Source: Octopus sinensis (Eukaryota). From it: a stretch of DNA of 64,000 bases. Location of the stretch: assembly GCF_006345805.1 (NCBI RefSeq), contig NC_043001.1:101494001-101558000 (forward strand). The letters are read 5' to 3'. Numbering within the stretch: the stretch's first letter is position 1; each line of letters begins with the position of its first letter. The position numbers were made by a program, and so were the translations under genes. The notes under the pieces were generated by a model. It had not been told where the DNA came from and made no database searches. It saw only the letters and a list, made by a program, of their open reading frames with translations. Shown here piece after piece: positions 52,033 to 62,954 of the stretch.

Positions 52033-52773
52033 ATATATACCTACACACATATATGCACATATATTTATACATACATATATATGTATATATATTTATATTT
52101 ATGTATATATATATATACATAGACATACCTATATACATATATATATATATGCATATATGTGTGTATACATATATACATATAGATAGATATAGACATATAT
52201 ATATACATATACATACACACTCATAAAGATTCATCATAATGTTCTATCTGTGAATAATTCCATGCGTGCTTGACAGCATATATGCATGCATATATCCCAG
52301 TGTGTTTGTGCATATGTTTGTGTGTGTGTGTGCATCTACCTAGCAAGATAGCTATCTGTCTAAGGGAGGTATGCGTGTGTCCATGTTTAGTTGTAGAGAA
52401 GTGTGTGAAAGCGTCACAGCTGGAGAATTGGGGACATTCAATAACCCCAAGCTTCGTTTTTATGGGCCCCTTTACCGTTTTTATGTAAATTTTTTTAAAC
52501 CATTTTTTTCAGAGACTTCCATGGAGTGTTTATTTCCTTTATCCCTTGATAAGATTATTATCCCAATCATTATCATCACATTCCCCCACCACCTTCTTTC
52601 CCCTCTTCAGCATCATTATCATCACCAGCATTGTTATCAAATCGAACATCATCACCGTCATTGTAGACCTCAACAACAAAGAAAAAAAAAACAAGTTGAT
52701 ACCAAGGTTTCTTATCACACACACACACACACACACACACACAAGTTATTACATGTGCATGTAAATACATACA

Positions 52774-52813
<40 letters not shown>

Positions 52814-53436
52814 GACACATTCGCACACACACAGAGACTTTACCACACACACACCAGAGACTTTACTACACACATACACACATGCTCACACACGTACACA
52901 TGCACACACACATACTCTCTCACACACGTGCACATACTTTTCCACATATACACTTATAAACACAAGCTCACACACACACACATACTCATTAACACATGCT
53001 CTCACATGCATACACACAAACACATAACACACACACACACACACACACACTAACTCACATACATATTATGTCATGCACACATGCTCACATACACTTACGC
53101 ATACACTCACTCACACACACATCATACACACACACACACAAGCACTCGTCTTCCTAGTCTCATCATTGTGACATTCTCTGACCTCTCGTATTAATGAATT
53201 ACAAACTATGGCAGCCAAGTGGAACGACTTTCTTCCAGACCTCTTCACTGAACTTTACTCTCTTTCCATTCACCCTCACTCCTATGCACACAAGCAAACA
53301 CACACACACACACACACATGCATGCACACGCATGCAAACGTGTTAAACGTAGAAAGTGCCTGAGGCAAAATGTTACACAGGGAAAGAACACGTAAACACA
53401 AACCACGAAGCACTTTCATATGCTATTCTATAGTCG

Positions 53437-53445
<9 letters not shown>

Positions 53446-53471
<26 letters not shown>

Positions 53472-53545
53472 GTTTAAAGTCCGTTTTCCATGCTGGCATG
53501 GGTTGGACGGTTTGACTGAGGACTGGCGAACCAGATGGCTGCACC
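53446..53545 (-). mobile_element. Short RTE 3'-end copy
   Basis: (CAT)n cgtttaaagtccgttttccatgctggcatgggttggacgg. Confidence 0.85.
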
Positions 53546-53636
53546 ATATAATATGCATACATATATATGTATGTATATGTGTGCGTGTATGTGTATATAT
53601 ATATATATATATAGATACATTCTTGTTGCTTATTTT

Positions 53637-53682
<46 letters not shown>

Positions 53683-53711
53683 ATGTATATATATATATGT
53701 GTGTGTGTGTA

Positions 53712-53762
<51 letters not shown>

Positions 53763-53820
53763 TATACATATATATATGTATATATAATATATATTATACA
53801 TATATATATATATATATATA

Positions 53821-54240
53821 GGTGCAGGAGTGGCTGTGTGGTAAGTAGCTTGCTAACTAACCACATGGTTCCGGGTTCAGTCCCACTGCGCGGCATCTTG
53901 GGCAAGTGTCTTCTGCTATAGCCCCGTGCCGACCAATGCCTTGTGAGTGGATTTGGTAGACGGAAACTGAAAGAAGCCCATCGTATATATTGTATATATA
54001 TATATATATATGTGTGTGTATGTTTGTGTGTCTGTGTTTGTCCCCCTAGCATTGCTTGACAACCGATGCTGGTGTGTTTACGTCCCCGTCACTTAGCGGT
54101 TCGGCAAAAGAGACCGATAGAATAAGTACTGGGCTTACAAAGAATAAGTCCCGGGGTCGATTTGCTCGACTAAAGGCGGTGCTCCAGCATGGCCGCAGTC
54201 AAATGACTGAAACAAGGAAAGAGTAAAACAGTAAAAAAGA
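53821..54240 (+). mobile_element. Young full-length SINE family A copy
   Basis: Near-identical to 18185-18627. Confidence 0.9.
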
Positions 54241-55380
54241 GTATATACATATATATATACATATATATTTATATATATACATATATATATATATACGTAT
54301 ATATGAAGAAACAAAGAGAGACAGAGTTAGATAGGTAGGTCAATGGATATAGGTAGATATATAAAGAGATAGAGATAGAGAGAGAGACATCATTTCCAAC
54401 TCATACCAGCATGGAAAACGGACGTTAAGAGATGATAATGATGATGATGATGTGTATCTGTGAGTGTGTATGTGTGTCAATTTGTATTTTGTGTGTGTTT
54501 TTATTTTTACTTTTTGCTGTTTCTTTCTATTTTCTTTAAAAATTCTTCACTGCTGTCTTATCTTCCAAGACATCTCAAAGAAAAGCTATACATTTTATGA
54601 TTCTACAACTTGTAATTTTTTTCACCTTTAATAACTTATTTTTCTGAAGAATTACGTATTTGCATATGAAATATTAACCTTGTGTTGTTTATTTCTATAA
54701 TTTTAGTAGCCATCAGCCACACCTTAACCTCCTGAACAATAATCGAGTGGTGGGAGGTGAATGTGGTGTGGACGGAGTGGGAGGTGAATGTTGTGGAGAG
54801 AGGGTTAATGTGGTGGTTTCCCTTCACAAACTGAGACAGAGACAGTTTCAATAGAATCCGATCATGATGTCGTTAAGGTGTTGATTTGATTTATGGTCGT
54901 TTTTATGTGACAGCTGTTTTAATGGTTTCAAGGCTGAGGTGTTTCTGTCGACTTAAAGGTCGCAAGTTCAAAAAAATTCTTTCCTTCTTTAATGATCACA
55001 ATGGGTCCATCGGAAGAGCACATCACTTGTTTTGCTATGTGCTGGTTAGGGGATGGATGAAAAAAATAGCATTTCACACCTATGCAAGCTGTGTGGTAAG
55101 AAGCCTCCTTCCCAGTCACATGGTTCTCGGTTCAGTTTCACTGTGTGGCACCTTGGGCAAGTATCTTCTTCTATTGTCTTGGGCCGATGAAGCCTTATGA
55201 GCAGATTTGGAACACAGAAACTGAAAGAAGCCTGTTGTATACATTCATTCATACATATATGTACACACACACACACACACACACACATATAGTATATTAT
55301 ATTAATTAATTTTATTTCTATTTATTGGTTTATGTTTTTCACTGTTTGATTTGCCTAATAGTGGTTTTATCTCTAATTTA

Positions 55381-55425
<45 letters not shown>

Positions 55426-55473
55426 TATAGTATTAATAAAATAGGTGCTGGAATGTGTAATAGACTTTACTGG

Positions 55474-55515
55474 GTACAACACATGTTTCGACCCATTGTG
55501 GGTCTCTTCAGGTAC
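55474..55515 (-). ncRNA. Minimal type-I hammerhead ribozyme fold (predicted cleavage GUU, between 55478 and 55477)
   Basis: Minus strand: GUAC-CUGAAGA-GACCC-ACAAU-GGGUC-GAA-AC-AUGU-GU-U^GUAC. All core residues are present, with a 5-bp helix II, 4-bp helix I and 2-bp helix III. Confidence 0.75.
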
Positions 55516-55574
55516 ATCAATAAAAAGTCTCACAAGAGATTTCTTGAGTTGGTTTATATATGTATATATATATA

Positions 55575-57136
55575 CACCAGGTGTAACAGCATAATTGTCA
55601 CTCTCATAAATTCTTAAAATTTTTTAAAAACCAATAAACAATTTGCAATTTTCTGATTTTTCTCGAGAAGACATCTGGCCATTCTGAAACCTGCTTTTGT
55701 AAGAATCAGCAAAATACCTATTGAGATATTTAGCTATAAAGAGAACAGACTGAAATTGTTTTGTGCCAGCCTCACCATGTCTTCCCAAATGAGCAATGTT
55801 GAGAGGGCTAAAGATCATCCAGTAATGGTACCAACATGAATTCTCTGGATTCCATCTTCAAAGTCCACTCAAAAATTATCATGAGACTTGTGTATAATTT
55901 TGAGAAAAAGGAAATAGTGGAAAGGAAAGCTGCATCAGGAGGTCATAACTGCAAGAAGGATCATCATTTCAATTTGGATCTGAAGGGATCAAACAGAAGA
56001 AATCCAACTCAATCCCTAAGACGTTTGGCATGTAAGAGAGGTGCTTTGGCTATGAAAGTTCTAAGAGCGGTGACAGAAGACTTGAAAATGAAATCATACT
56101 GAGACTGTGAGGCCTCTTTGTTACTCCAGGACAAAAGGTTAGAAGGTTGGATGGGGTGAAGATCCTCTTGAACAAAGTGGAATATAATCCTGGAGTGATA
56201 TTTTACACAGACGAGAAGAATTTCACCCAAGATACATACACAAACAGCTGTGTTCTGGCTTCACCTACTCATGAGAGATGCAAAAGTCCTGCCATTCTGA
56301 TGATTTTTGCTTGTGTGGCTTATGATGGCAAGAAAATGCCATTGATCATTTTTGAGAAGGCTGAGAGAGTGGCAGGAATTTGTTATGTTCAGGTTTTGAA
56401 AGATGTAAAGACCTGGATTCTTTCTGAATATCTTGAAGCAAATGACACGAAAAACTTTACAAGATTGTTAAGAATGTCAAGTTTACATTCCAGCAAGGTG
56501 GGTCTCTTTGCCACACAAGTGCAGTGGCTCAAAAATTTCTCAGAGATGAGTTTGGGAACAGCTTTAGGGATAAGGACACTAGGCCTCTTTCATCACCTGA
56601 TTTGAATCCTTTAGACTTCAGCATCTGGAATGAATAGGTCAGAAAAGCTTGTGAGAAGCCCCACAGCAACCTGCAAGCCCTCAAAAGTTCCATCCGTAGG
56701 ACGTAGGAGGAAGACATTGATGAGGAATTCATTAAGAGGGCTTGTAGTGCAGTCAGGAAGTGGGTTGAGGAAGTCATTGCCAAGAGAAGAGCAACTTGTA
56801 ATGCCTAACCGGTAGAATTTTGGCCAGAATTGTCTCTGGCACATTAAAATAAAACTTTAAGCTTCCATTTCGAAATTTATTCCAGCCCTTTATGAGTTCC
56901 CAATCCTAAGCTATGGTTAATTATTTATGAAAATCTCCTTTTCATCCACGATCAACTTCATCACGATTCTTCTGTTAAATTTGGAGAGTAATCAGCATTT
57001 TTTCTTGCTCAAAGCACAGTCCAAGAGTATTGGAAATACCTCTGAAAATTCCATTCTGTTATCTTTAAGCATTCTTGAGATACAAAGGTTCATTGCTAAA
57101 TCTAAAATTTGGACAATTTCACTGATGCACCCGGTT
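55575..57136 (+). mobile_element. Tc1/mariner (maT/DD37D-like) transposon, ~1.56 kb, with both TIRs and a TA TSD
   Basis: Left TA|caccaggtgtaacagcataattgtc versus the right reverse complement TA|aaccgggtgcatcagtgaaattgtc. TA at 55573-55574 and 57137-57138. Confidence 0.8.
55836..56808 (+). pseudogene. Degenerate DDxD transposase
   Basis: FYTDEKNF (D1), FQQGGSLCH (D2 mutated to G), SSPDLNPLDFSIW (D3). It has stops and frameshifts. Confidence 0.88.
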
Positions 57137-57159
57137 TATACATATATATTATATATCTT

Positions 57160-57575
57160 TTACTTGTTTCAGTCATTAGACTGTGGCCATGCTGGGGCTC
57201 CACCTTGAAGAAGTATCAGTTAAACGAATCAACCCCAGTACTTTTTGTATTTTTTTTTTGTTTTTCAAGACTCATGGTTATTCTATCAGTCTCTTGTGCT
57301 GAACTGCTAAGTTACGGGGATGCAAACCAGCACTGGTTGTCAAGCTGTGGTGGAGTGGACAAACATACACACATAGCTAGGTGTGTGCGTGTATATATAT
57401 ATATATATATATATATGATGAGCTTCTTTCAGTTTCCGTCTTCCAAATCCAGCCACAAGGCTTTGGTCTGCTGGAGGCTATGGTAGAAGATACGTGTCCA
57501 AGGTGGTATGCTGTGGGACTGAACCCTGGACCATGTAGTTGGAAAGCAAGTTTCTTATCACACAGCCACACCTGT
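57160..57575 (-). mobile_element. Diverged SINE family A copy
   Basis: cttgtttcagtcattagactgtggccatgctgg...cttctttcagtttcc...gggactgaacc. Confidence 0.8.
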
Positions 57576-57881
57576 GCATGCATGCATGTGTGTGTGTGTG
57601 TGTACACAATACGCATGTATGTGTAAGTGTGTGTGTGCATGTGCATGCGTGCAGGTGTGCCTGTGTGGTAAGAAGTTTCATAAACACTTTTTAAAAGAAA
57701 GGATGCAGTCCTTGGCACATTTCAAATGATGGATTGTCAACACTGGGATACCATTAATCATTAATCCACTCAATCACAGCCAAAACAGGGTTAAATGAAA
57801 TGGCTTCAGTAAAAGGAGGAGACAAAGTTTCCTCCAGTCTAGAGTGGAGCTACAATTGTTAAACAGTGGAAAATGGAAATA

Positions 57882-58048
57882 TCAACTCTTTGGCATTTAA
57901 ACTAGCCGTATAAAACCAAAATATTCTGCAAGTTTTATGCTCATAGTGGCTAGATCTGGCCTTTCACACCTACCCTAGAAAGCCATTCTAAAATTAAACA
58001 CTCACATCTTTGAAATCTTGAAGCTGCAAGATGATGCTAAAGGGTTAA
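57882..58048. mobile_element. Decayed piggyBac-type MITE
   Basis: tcaactctttggcat and atgctaaagggttaa (reverse complement ttaaccctttagcat): 3 mismatches over 15 nt including the TTAA. Confidence 0.5.
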
Positions 58049-58548
58049 AATGGTAGAGCATAGAGGGGAGGTTAAGTTTTTGCAAGGATGTGGGGAGGTC
58101 AGCTCCTATCAGTCGGCAGAATTTTGAGTAAACGAAATATGAAAGTAAACTACAAAGTTATTTGTACAAATAGAAAATGTTGAAGATAAAGTTTGTCTTG
58201 TCTCAGTATTTATAACTTTCTTATTTACTTATCACTCACATCCATCGGATTTGACGGCCTTCATTGGATTTTAATTTCTTCTCATTTATCATTCTTGATT
58301 GTATTGTATCAGCCTGTCAGCTGATCTATTTCAGTTTAAATATACACACAAGTACACACACACACACACACACACATGTATATATATACATATATATGGG
58401 TGCATGTATATAAATGTGTGTGTGAATTTATATACATACATATATAATATATATGTATATATCCCTCTCTATATATATGTATACATATAAATATATATGT
58501 AAATGTAGAATGATGAAATGAGTGCTCAACACTGCATTGGTGGACATA

Positions 58549-58722
58549 TAATTTCTTTATTTGTGAATTAAGGCTACCATTAGTTTCATGTTAAGGAGAG
58601 TAGGAAAATATCCTATTGTCTTAACAATTTTTCAAGCCACACTTTTTGGAGACACTAGGATATTTTCTTACTCTTCTTAACATGAAACCAATTGTACTCT
58701 TAATTCACAAATAAAGAAATTA
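58549..58722. mobile_element. Foldback MITE with ~70-bp arms and TA ends
   Basis: taatttctttatttgtgaattaag...gtttcatgttaag...aaaatatccta versus taggatatttt...cttaacatgaaac...cttaattcacaaataaagaaatta. Confidence 0.85.
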
Positions 58723-58749
58723 CACACACACACACATACAGACACACAT

Positions 58750-58791
<42 letters not shown>

Positions 58792-58799
58792 ATATATAT

Positions 58800-59088
58800 A
58801 TTGTGGTATTTCTGGATGGTCATTTTATTTCACCAAATAAACACGTGTACTATATATCTGTTCTTTAATTGTTTATTGCTGTTCTTATTTTAACTCATGT
58901 CCATTGTCCAGAAATCTTTCATCACACATTTGTGACCTCTTCAATGCCACTTTCTGTTCTCATGTGTGCTCCAATGGACAATGGACATGAGTTAAAATAA
59001 GAACAGCAATAAGCAAATGAAGAATGAAAATATAGTGCAGGTGTTTATTTGGCAAAAAAAAAACAAAGACCATCCTGAAATACAATAT
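58800..59088. repeat. Foldback element with ~110-bp arms
   Basis: The inner match ttattgctgttcttattttaactcatgtccattgtcca/tggacaatggacatgagttaaaataagaacagcaataa is perfect. Outer ggatggtc...ccaaataaacac and gtgtttatttgg...gaccatcc. Confidence 0.85.
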
Positions 59089-59149
59089 CTGCTTCAACAC
59101 ATGGTTTCACATCAGGAATCTTGCAACACAAATTAATAAACGTATATAT

Positions 59150-59510
59150 TATCATCATCATCATCGTTTAACGTCTGCTTTCTATGCTAGCATGGGTTGG
59201 CCGATTTGACTGAGAACTGGCAAACCAGATGTCTGCACCAGGCTCCAACCTTGATCTGGCAGAGTTTCTACAGCTGGATGCCCTTCTTAACGCCAACCAC
59301 TCCGACAGTGTAGTGGGTGCTTTTATGTGCCACCAGCATGGGGGCCAGTCAGGCGGTACTGGCAATGACCTCGCTCAAATGTTTTTCACATGCCACTGGC
59401 ACAAGTGCCAATAAGGTGACACTGGTAATGATCATGCTTGAATGGTGGCTTTTACTTGCCACCGGCATGGAAGCCAGTTAGCCGCTCTGTCAACGATCAT
59501 GCTCGGATGT
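59150..59510 (-). mobile_element. 5'-truncated RTE 3'-end copy with subrepeats
   Basis: (CAT)n cgtttaacgtctgc...ctacagctggatgcccttcttaacgccaacc. Confidence 0.88.
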
Positions 59511-59560
59511 ATATATATATATTTTGCTAAAATGTCGTATTGACGAGTTTCGTTTTTTTC

Positions 59561-59646
59561 ACTTTCCCGAAGAGAAGATTGCATTGTTTATACCATTTAT
59601 TCTTTTGAATAATATCAGTGGAATTTTCGAAACATGTGTTGAAAGT
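59561..59646 (+). ncRNA. Type-I hammerhead ribozyme fold with a long helix II and a U4C variant (predicted cleavage GUU, between 59640 and 59641)
   Basis: ACUUUC-CCGAAGA-GAAGAUU...AAUUUUC-GAA-AC-AUGU-GU-U^GAAAGU. Helix I is 6 bp, and helix II is 7 bp plus a CAUUG/CAGUG extension. Confidence 0.65.
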
Positions 59647-59690
59647 AAAAATACTTGTTTAAACCTGCATTAACTCCATTTTTTATTCAT

Positions 59691-59746
<56 letters not shown>

Positions 59747-60233
59747 TTTATATACATACGTATATACACACATTCAACTCCTTATCAGTGAGAGTGAGTG
59801 ATTTACTGGTTGGCAATATATGTCTTTCTATCTAACCATCCATCTCTCTCTCTCTCTCCTTCTCTCCATCTCTCTCTTCTTTTCCTGCTCACTCCACTTC
59901 AATATATCTATCCATCTAATGCCGCATACATTATTTATTTCATACTTGAGTAGGGAAATAGCTGAGCTGATAAAGTAACAGACAATTGAATCCCAAGTCA
60001 TGGATTATTGGTTCCACAAAGCCATCGCCATAGAAATGCGTCCACACAAACACACCCTTTTCCCAAAGACTTCATTTCTTATTGATAGAATATATTATAT
60101 TTGTTGTCATAAACGCTGTACAATTTTCACCTCTACTCTCATTTTTACACACATACATATTATACTTACACACAGTTGATGATGATTATGATGATGATGA
60201 TGACGACATATAAATATATATATATGTATATCA

Positions 60234-60373
60234 GGTATGGGTGTGTGGTAAGAAGCTTACTTCCTAACCACATGGTTCTGGGTTCAGTCCCACTGTGTTG
60301 CACCTTGAGCAAGTGTCTTCTACTATAGCCTCGGCCTGACCAAAGCCTTGAGAGTGCATTTGGTAGACAGAAG

Positions 60374-60406
<33 letters not shown>

Positions 60407-60620
60407 CTCTGTTTGTGTGCATGTGTGTGTGTGTCTTTGTTTGTTTCCACTTCATCCCCACCCCCGCTAACAATTGACTACTGGTGTTGCAGTGTTTACA
60501 TTTCAATAACTTAACAGCTCAGCAAAAGAGACTGATAGAGTAACTACCTGTCTTTAAAAAGAAAATAAGGTTGTTTTGTTTGACTAAAAATTCTTTGAGA
60601 TGTATGGCTTCACCCAGTGA
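60234..60620 (+). mobile_element. Diverged SINE family A copy
   Basis: ggtatgggtgtgtggtaagaagc...gggttcagtcccac...cttgagcaagtgtcttctactatagcc. Confidence 0.8.
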
Positions 60621-60737
60621 AGTAACAAAAGTAGGTAGGAGTGTGAAAAGATTTGTAAGAACCACATGAAAGTGGCCGAGTACTCCCTAACTGGCCCCCA
60701 TGCTGGTGGCATGCAAAAAGCACTATGCAAATGTGAA

Positions 60738-61110
60738 AGACAGACAGAGGAAGAGAAAAGCAGAGAAAGAAAGGGAGAGGCAGAGAGAGAAAGAGAGAGG
60801 CAGAGAGAGAAAGGGAGAGGCAGAGAGAAAAAGAGAGAAGCAGAGAGAGAAAGGGAGAAGCAGAGAAAGAAAGAGAGAGGCAGAGAAAGAAAGAGAGAGA
60901 CAGAGAGAAAGGGAGAGGCAGAAAGAGAAAGAGAGAGGCAGAGAGAAAAAGGGAGAGGCAGAGAGAGGCAGAGAGAGAAAGAGAGAAGCAGGGAGAGAAA
61001 GGGAGAGGCAGAGAAAGAAAGGGAGAGGCAGAGAGAGAAAGAGAGAGGCAGAGAGAAGCAGAGAGAGAAAGAGAGAGGCTGAGAGAGGCACAGAGAGAAA
61101 GAGAGAGATG
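60738..61110 (+). repeat. Degenerate ~18-20 bp purine satellite (agagagaaagggagaggc)n
   Basis: The unit recurs with variation throughout the interval. Confidence 0.85.
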
Positions 61111-61504
61111 CTGCTTGTAAGGGATAAGAATCTGTAAAAGGGCCAAGAATCAGCATAAAAAGACAATGGTGAAAGGGGTGGAAGTGAAAGGTGATCTGGA
61201 TTAAGAGAAAGAAGGAAGATAAGATAAAGAGGGGATTTAAACATTAGAAGTCAGTCAGCACTCTCCCCTCTACTCATTAATCCACTATAATTCAATAATC
61301 TCTATCACATCCTGCTCGTACATTCTCTTTATTGATAGTTCTGGGAATTCCAAGAGAAATCCTTAGCTTACCTACGTTTTAGACATTTCAAGAAAGGATA
61401 ACCATGACAACCCACTGAGAAGCATAAAAACCTTAATTTGGATGAGAGAACAATCGGTTACACTTACTTTAGTACATAACTAGTGTATATTTTAGTAATG
61501 TCCC

Positions 61505-61800
61505 TAAGCAAATCATCATCGTCATCGTCATCATCATCATTTAATGTCCATTGTCCATGCTGGCATTGGTTGGGCAGTTTGACCAACGCTGGTAAGCTGG
61601 AAGGCTGCACCAGACTCCAGTCTGATTTTCTGCGGCTGGATGCCCTTCCTAATGCCAACCACTCTGAGAGTGTAGTGGATGATTTTACATGCATGGGTGC
61701 CATTTGCATGACACTGGTATCTGCCACGACTATGATTTTGCTCGGCTTGATGGGTCTTCTTCTCAACCATGACATAATACCAAAGGTCTCAGTCATTGCC
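61505..61800 (-). mobile_element. RTE-3'-end-related repeat whose 5' part continues into the 42-bp array
   Basis: (CAT)n ttaatgtccattgtccatgctggc...ggctggatgcccttcctaatgccaaccactctgagagtgtagtgg. It is related to 7008-7330. Confidence 0.8.
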
Positions 61801-62868
61801 TCCGTGAGGCCCAACACTCAAAGAGAACTCAGCCACTTAGCCTCCGTGAGGCCCAATGCTTGAAAGGAACTCAACCACTTTGCCTCCATGAGGCCCAATG
61901 CTCGAAAGGAACTCAGCCACATTGCCTCTATGAGGCCCAATGCTCGAAAGGAACTCAGCCACTTTGCCTCCATGAGGCCCAATGCTTGAAAGGAACTCAG
62001 CCACTTAGCCTCCATGAGGCCCAACGCTTGAAAGGAACTCAGCCAATTTGCCTCCATGAAGCCCAACACTCAAAAGGAACTCAGCCACTTAGCCTCCGTG
62101 AGGCCCAACAAAAGGAACTCAGCCACTTAGCCTCCGTGAGGCCCAACACTCAAAAGGAACTCAGCCACTTAGCCTCCATGAGGCCCAATGCTTGAAAGGA
62201 ACTCAGCCACTTAGCCTCCATGAGGCCCAACACTCAAAAGGAACTCAGCCACTTCGCCTTCATGAGGCCCAACACTCAAAAGGAACTCAGCCACCTTGCT
62301 TCTGTGAGGCTTAACACTCAAAAGGAACTCAGCCACTTAGCCTCCGTGAGGCCCAATGCTTGAAAGGAACTCAGCCACTTAGCCTCCATGAGGCCCAACA
62401 CTCAAAAGGAACTCAGCCACTTTGCTTCCATGAGGCCCAACACTCAAAAGGAACTCAGCCACTTTGCCTCCATGAGGCCTAATACTCAAAAGGAACTCAG
62501 CCACTTTGCCTCCATGAGGCCCAACACTCAAAAGGAACTCAGCCACTTAGCCTCCATGAGGCCCAACACTCAAAAGGATCTCAGCCACTTCGCCTTCATG
62601 AGGCCCAACACTCAAAAGGAACTCAGCCACTTCGCCTTCATAAGGCCCAATACTTGAAAGGAACTCAGCCACTTAGCCTCCATGAGGCCCAACACTCAAA
62701 AGGAACTCAGCCACTTTGCTTCCATGAGGCCCAACACTCAAAAGGAACTCAGCCACTTTGCCTCTATGAGGCCCAACACTCAAAAGGAACTCAGCCACTT
62801 AGCCTCCGTGAGGCCCAATGCTTGAAAGAAACTCATCCACTTTGCTTCCGTGAGGCCCAACACTCAGC
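61799..62868. repeat. 42-bp minisatellite, about 25 units
   Basis: Consensus atgaggcccaacactcaaaaggaactcagccacttagcctcc; units start every 42 bp (one unit carries a 4-bp deletion near 62108). Confidence 0.97.
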
Positions 62869-62954
62869 CATAAAAAGAATGAAAGGCAAAAATCATTCTC
62901 TAGCAGGATTTAAACTCAATACATAAAGGAATGGAAAGGTAGGAAGCAGGTAGA

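Noticed and set aside
26723-54052. Numerous poly-IY, poly-HT, poly-CV, poly-E/R/K ORFs in the supplied track
   Set aside because: They are translations of microsatellites with no coding signal.
59091-59125. Minus-strand ctgatgtgaaaccatgtgttg resembling the hammerhead family
   Set aside because: No helix II; it matches a different repeat also seen near 20525-20570.
61799-62868. 42-bp array as a CRISPR array or a repeat protein (MRPNTQKELSHLAS)n
   Set aside because: There are no unique spacers and no cas genes in this eukaryotic context. TGA-containing unit variants interrupt the frame, and the array is continuous with a retroelement fragment.
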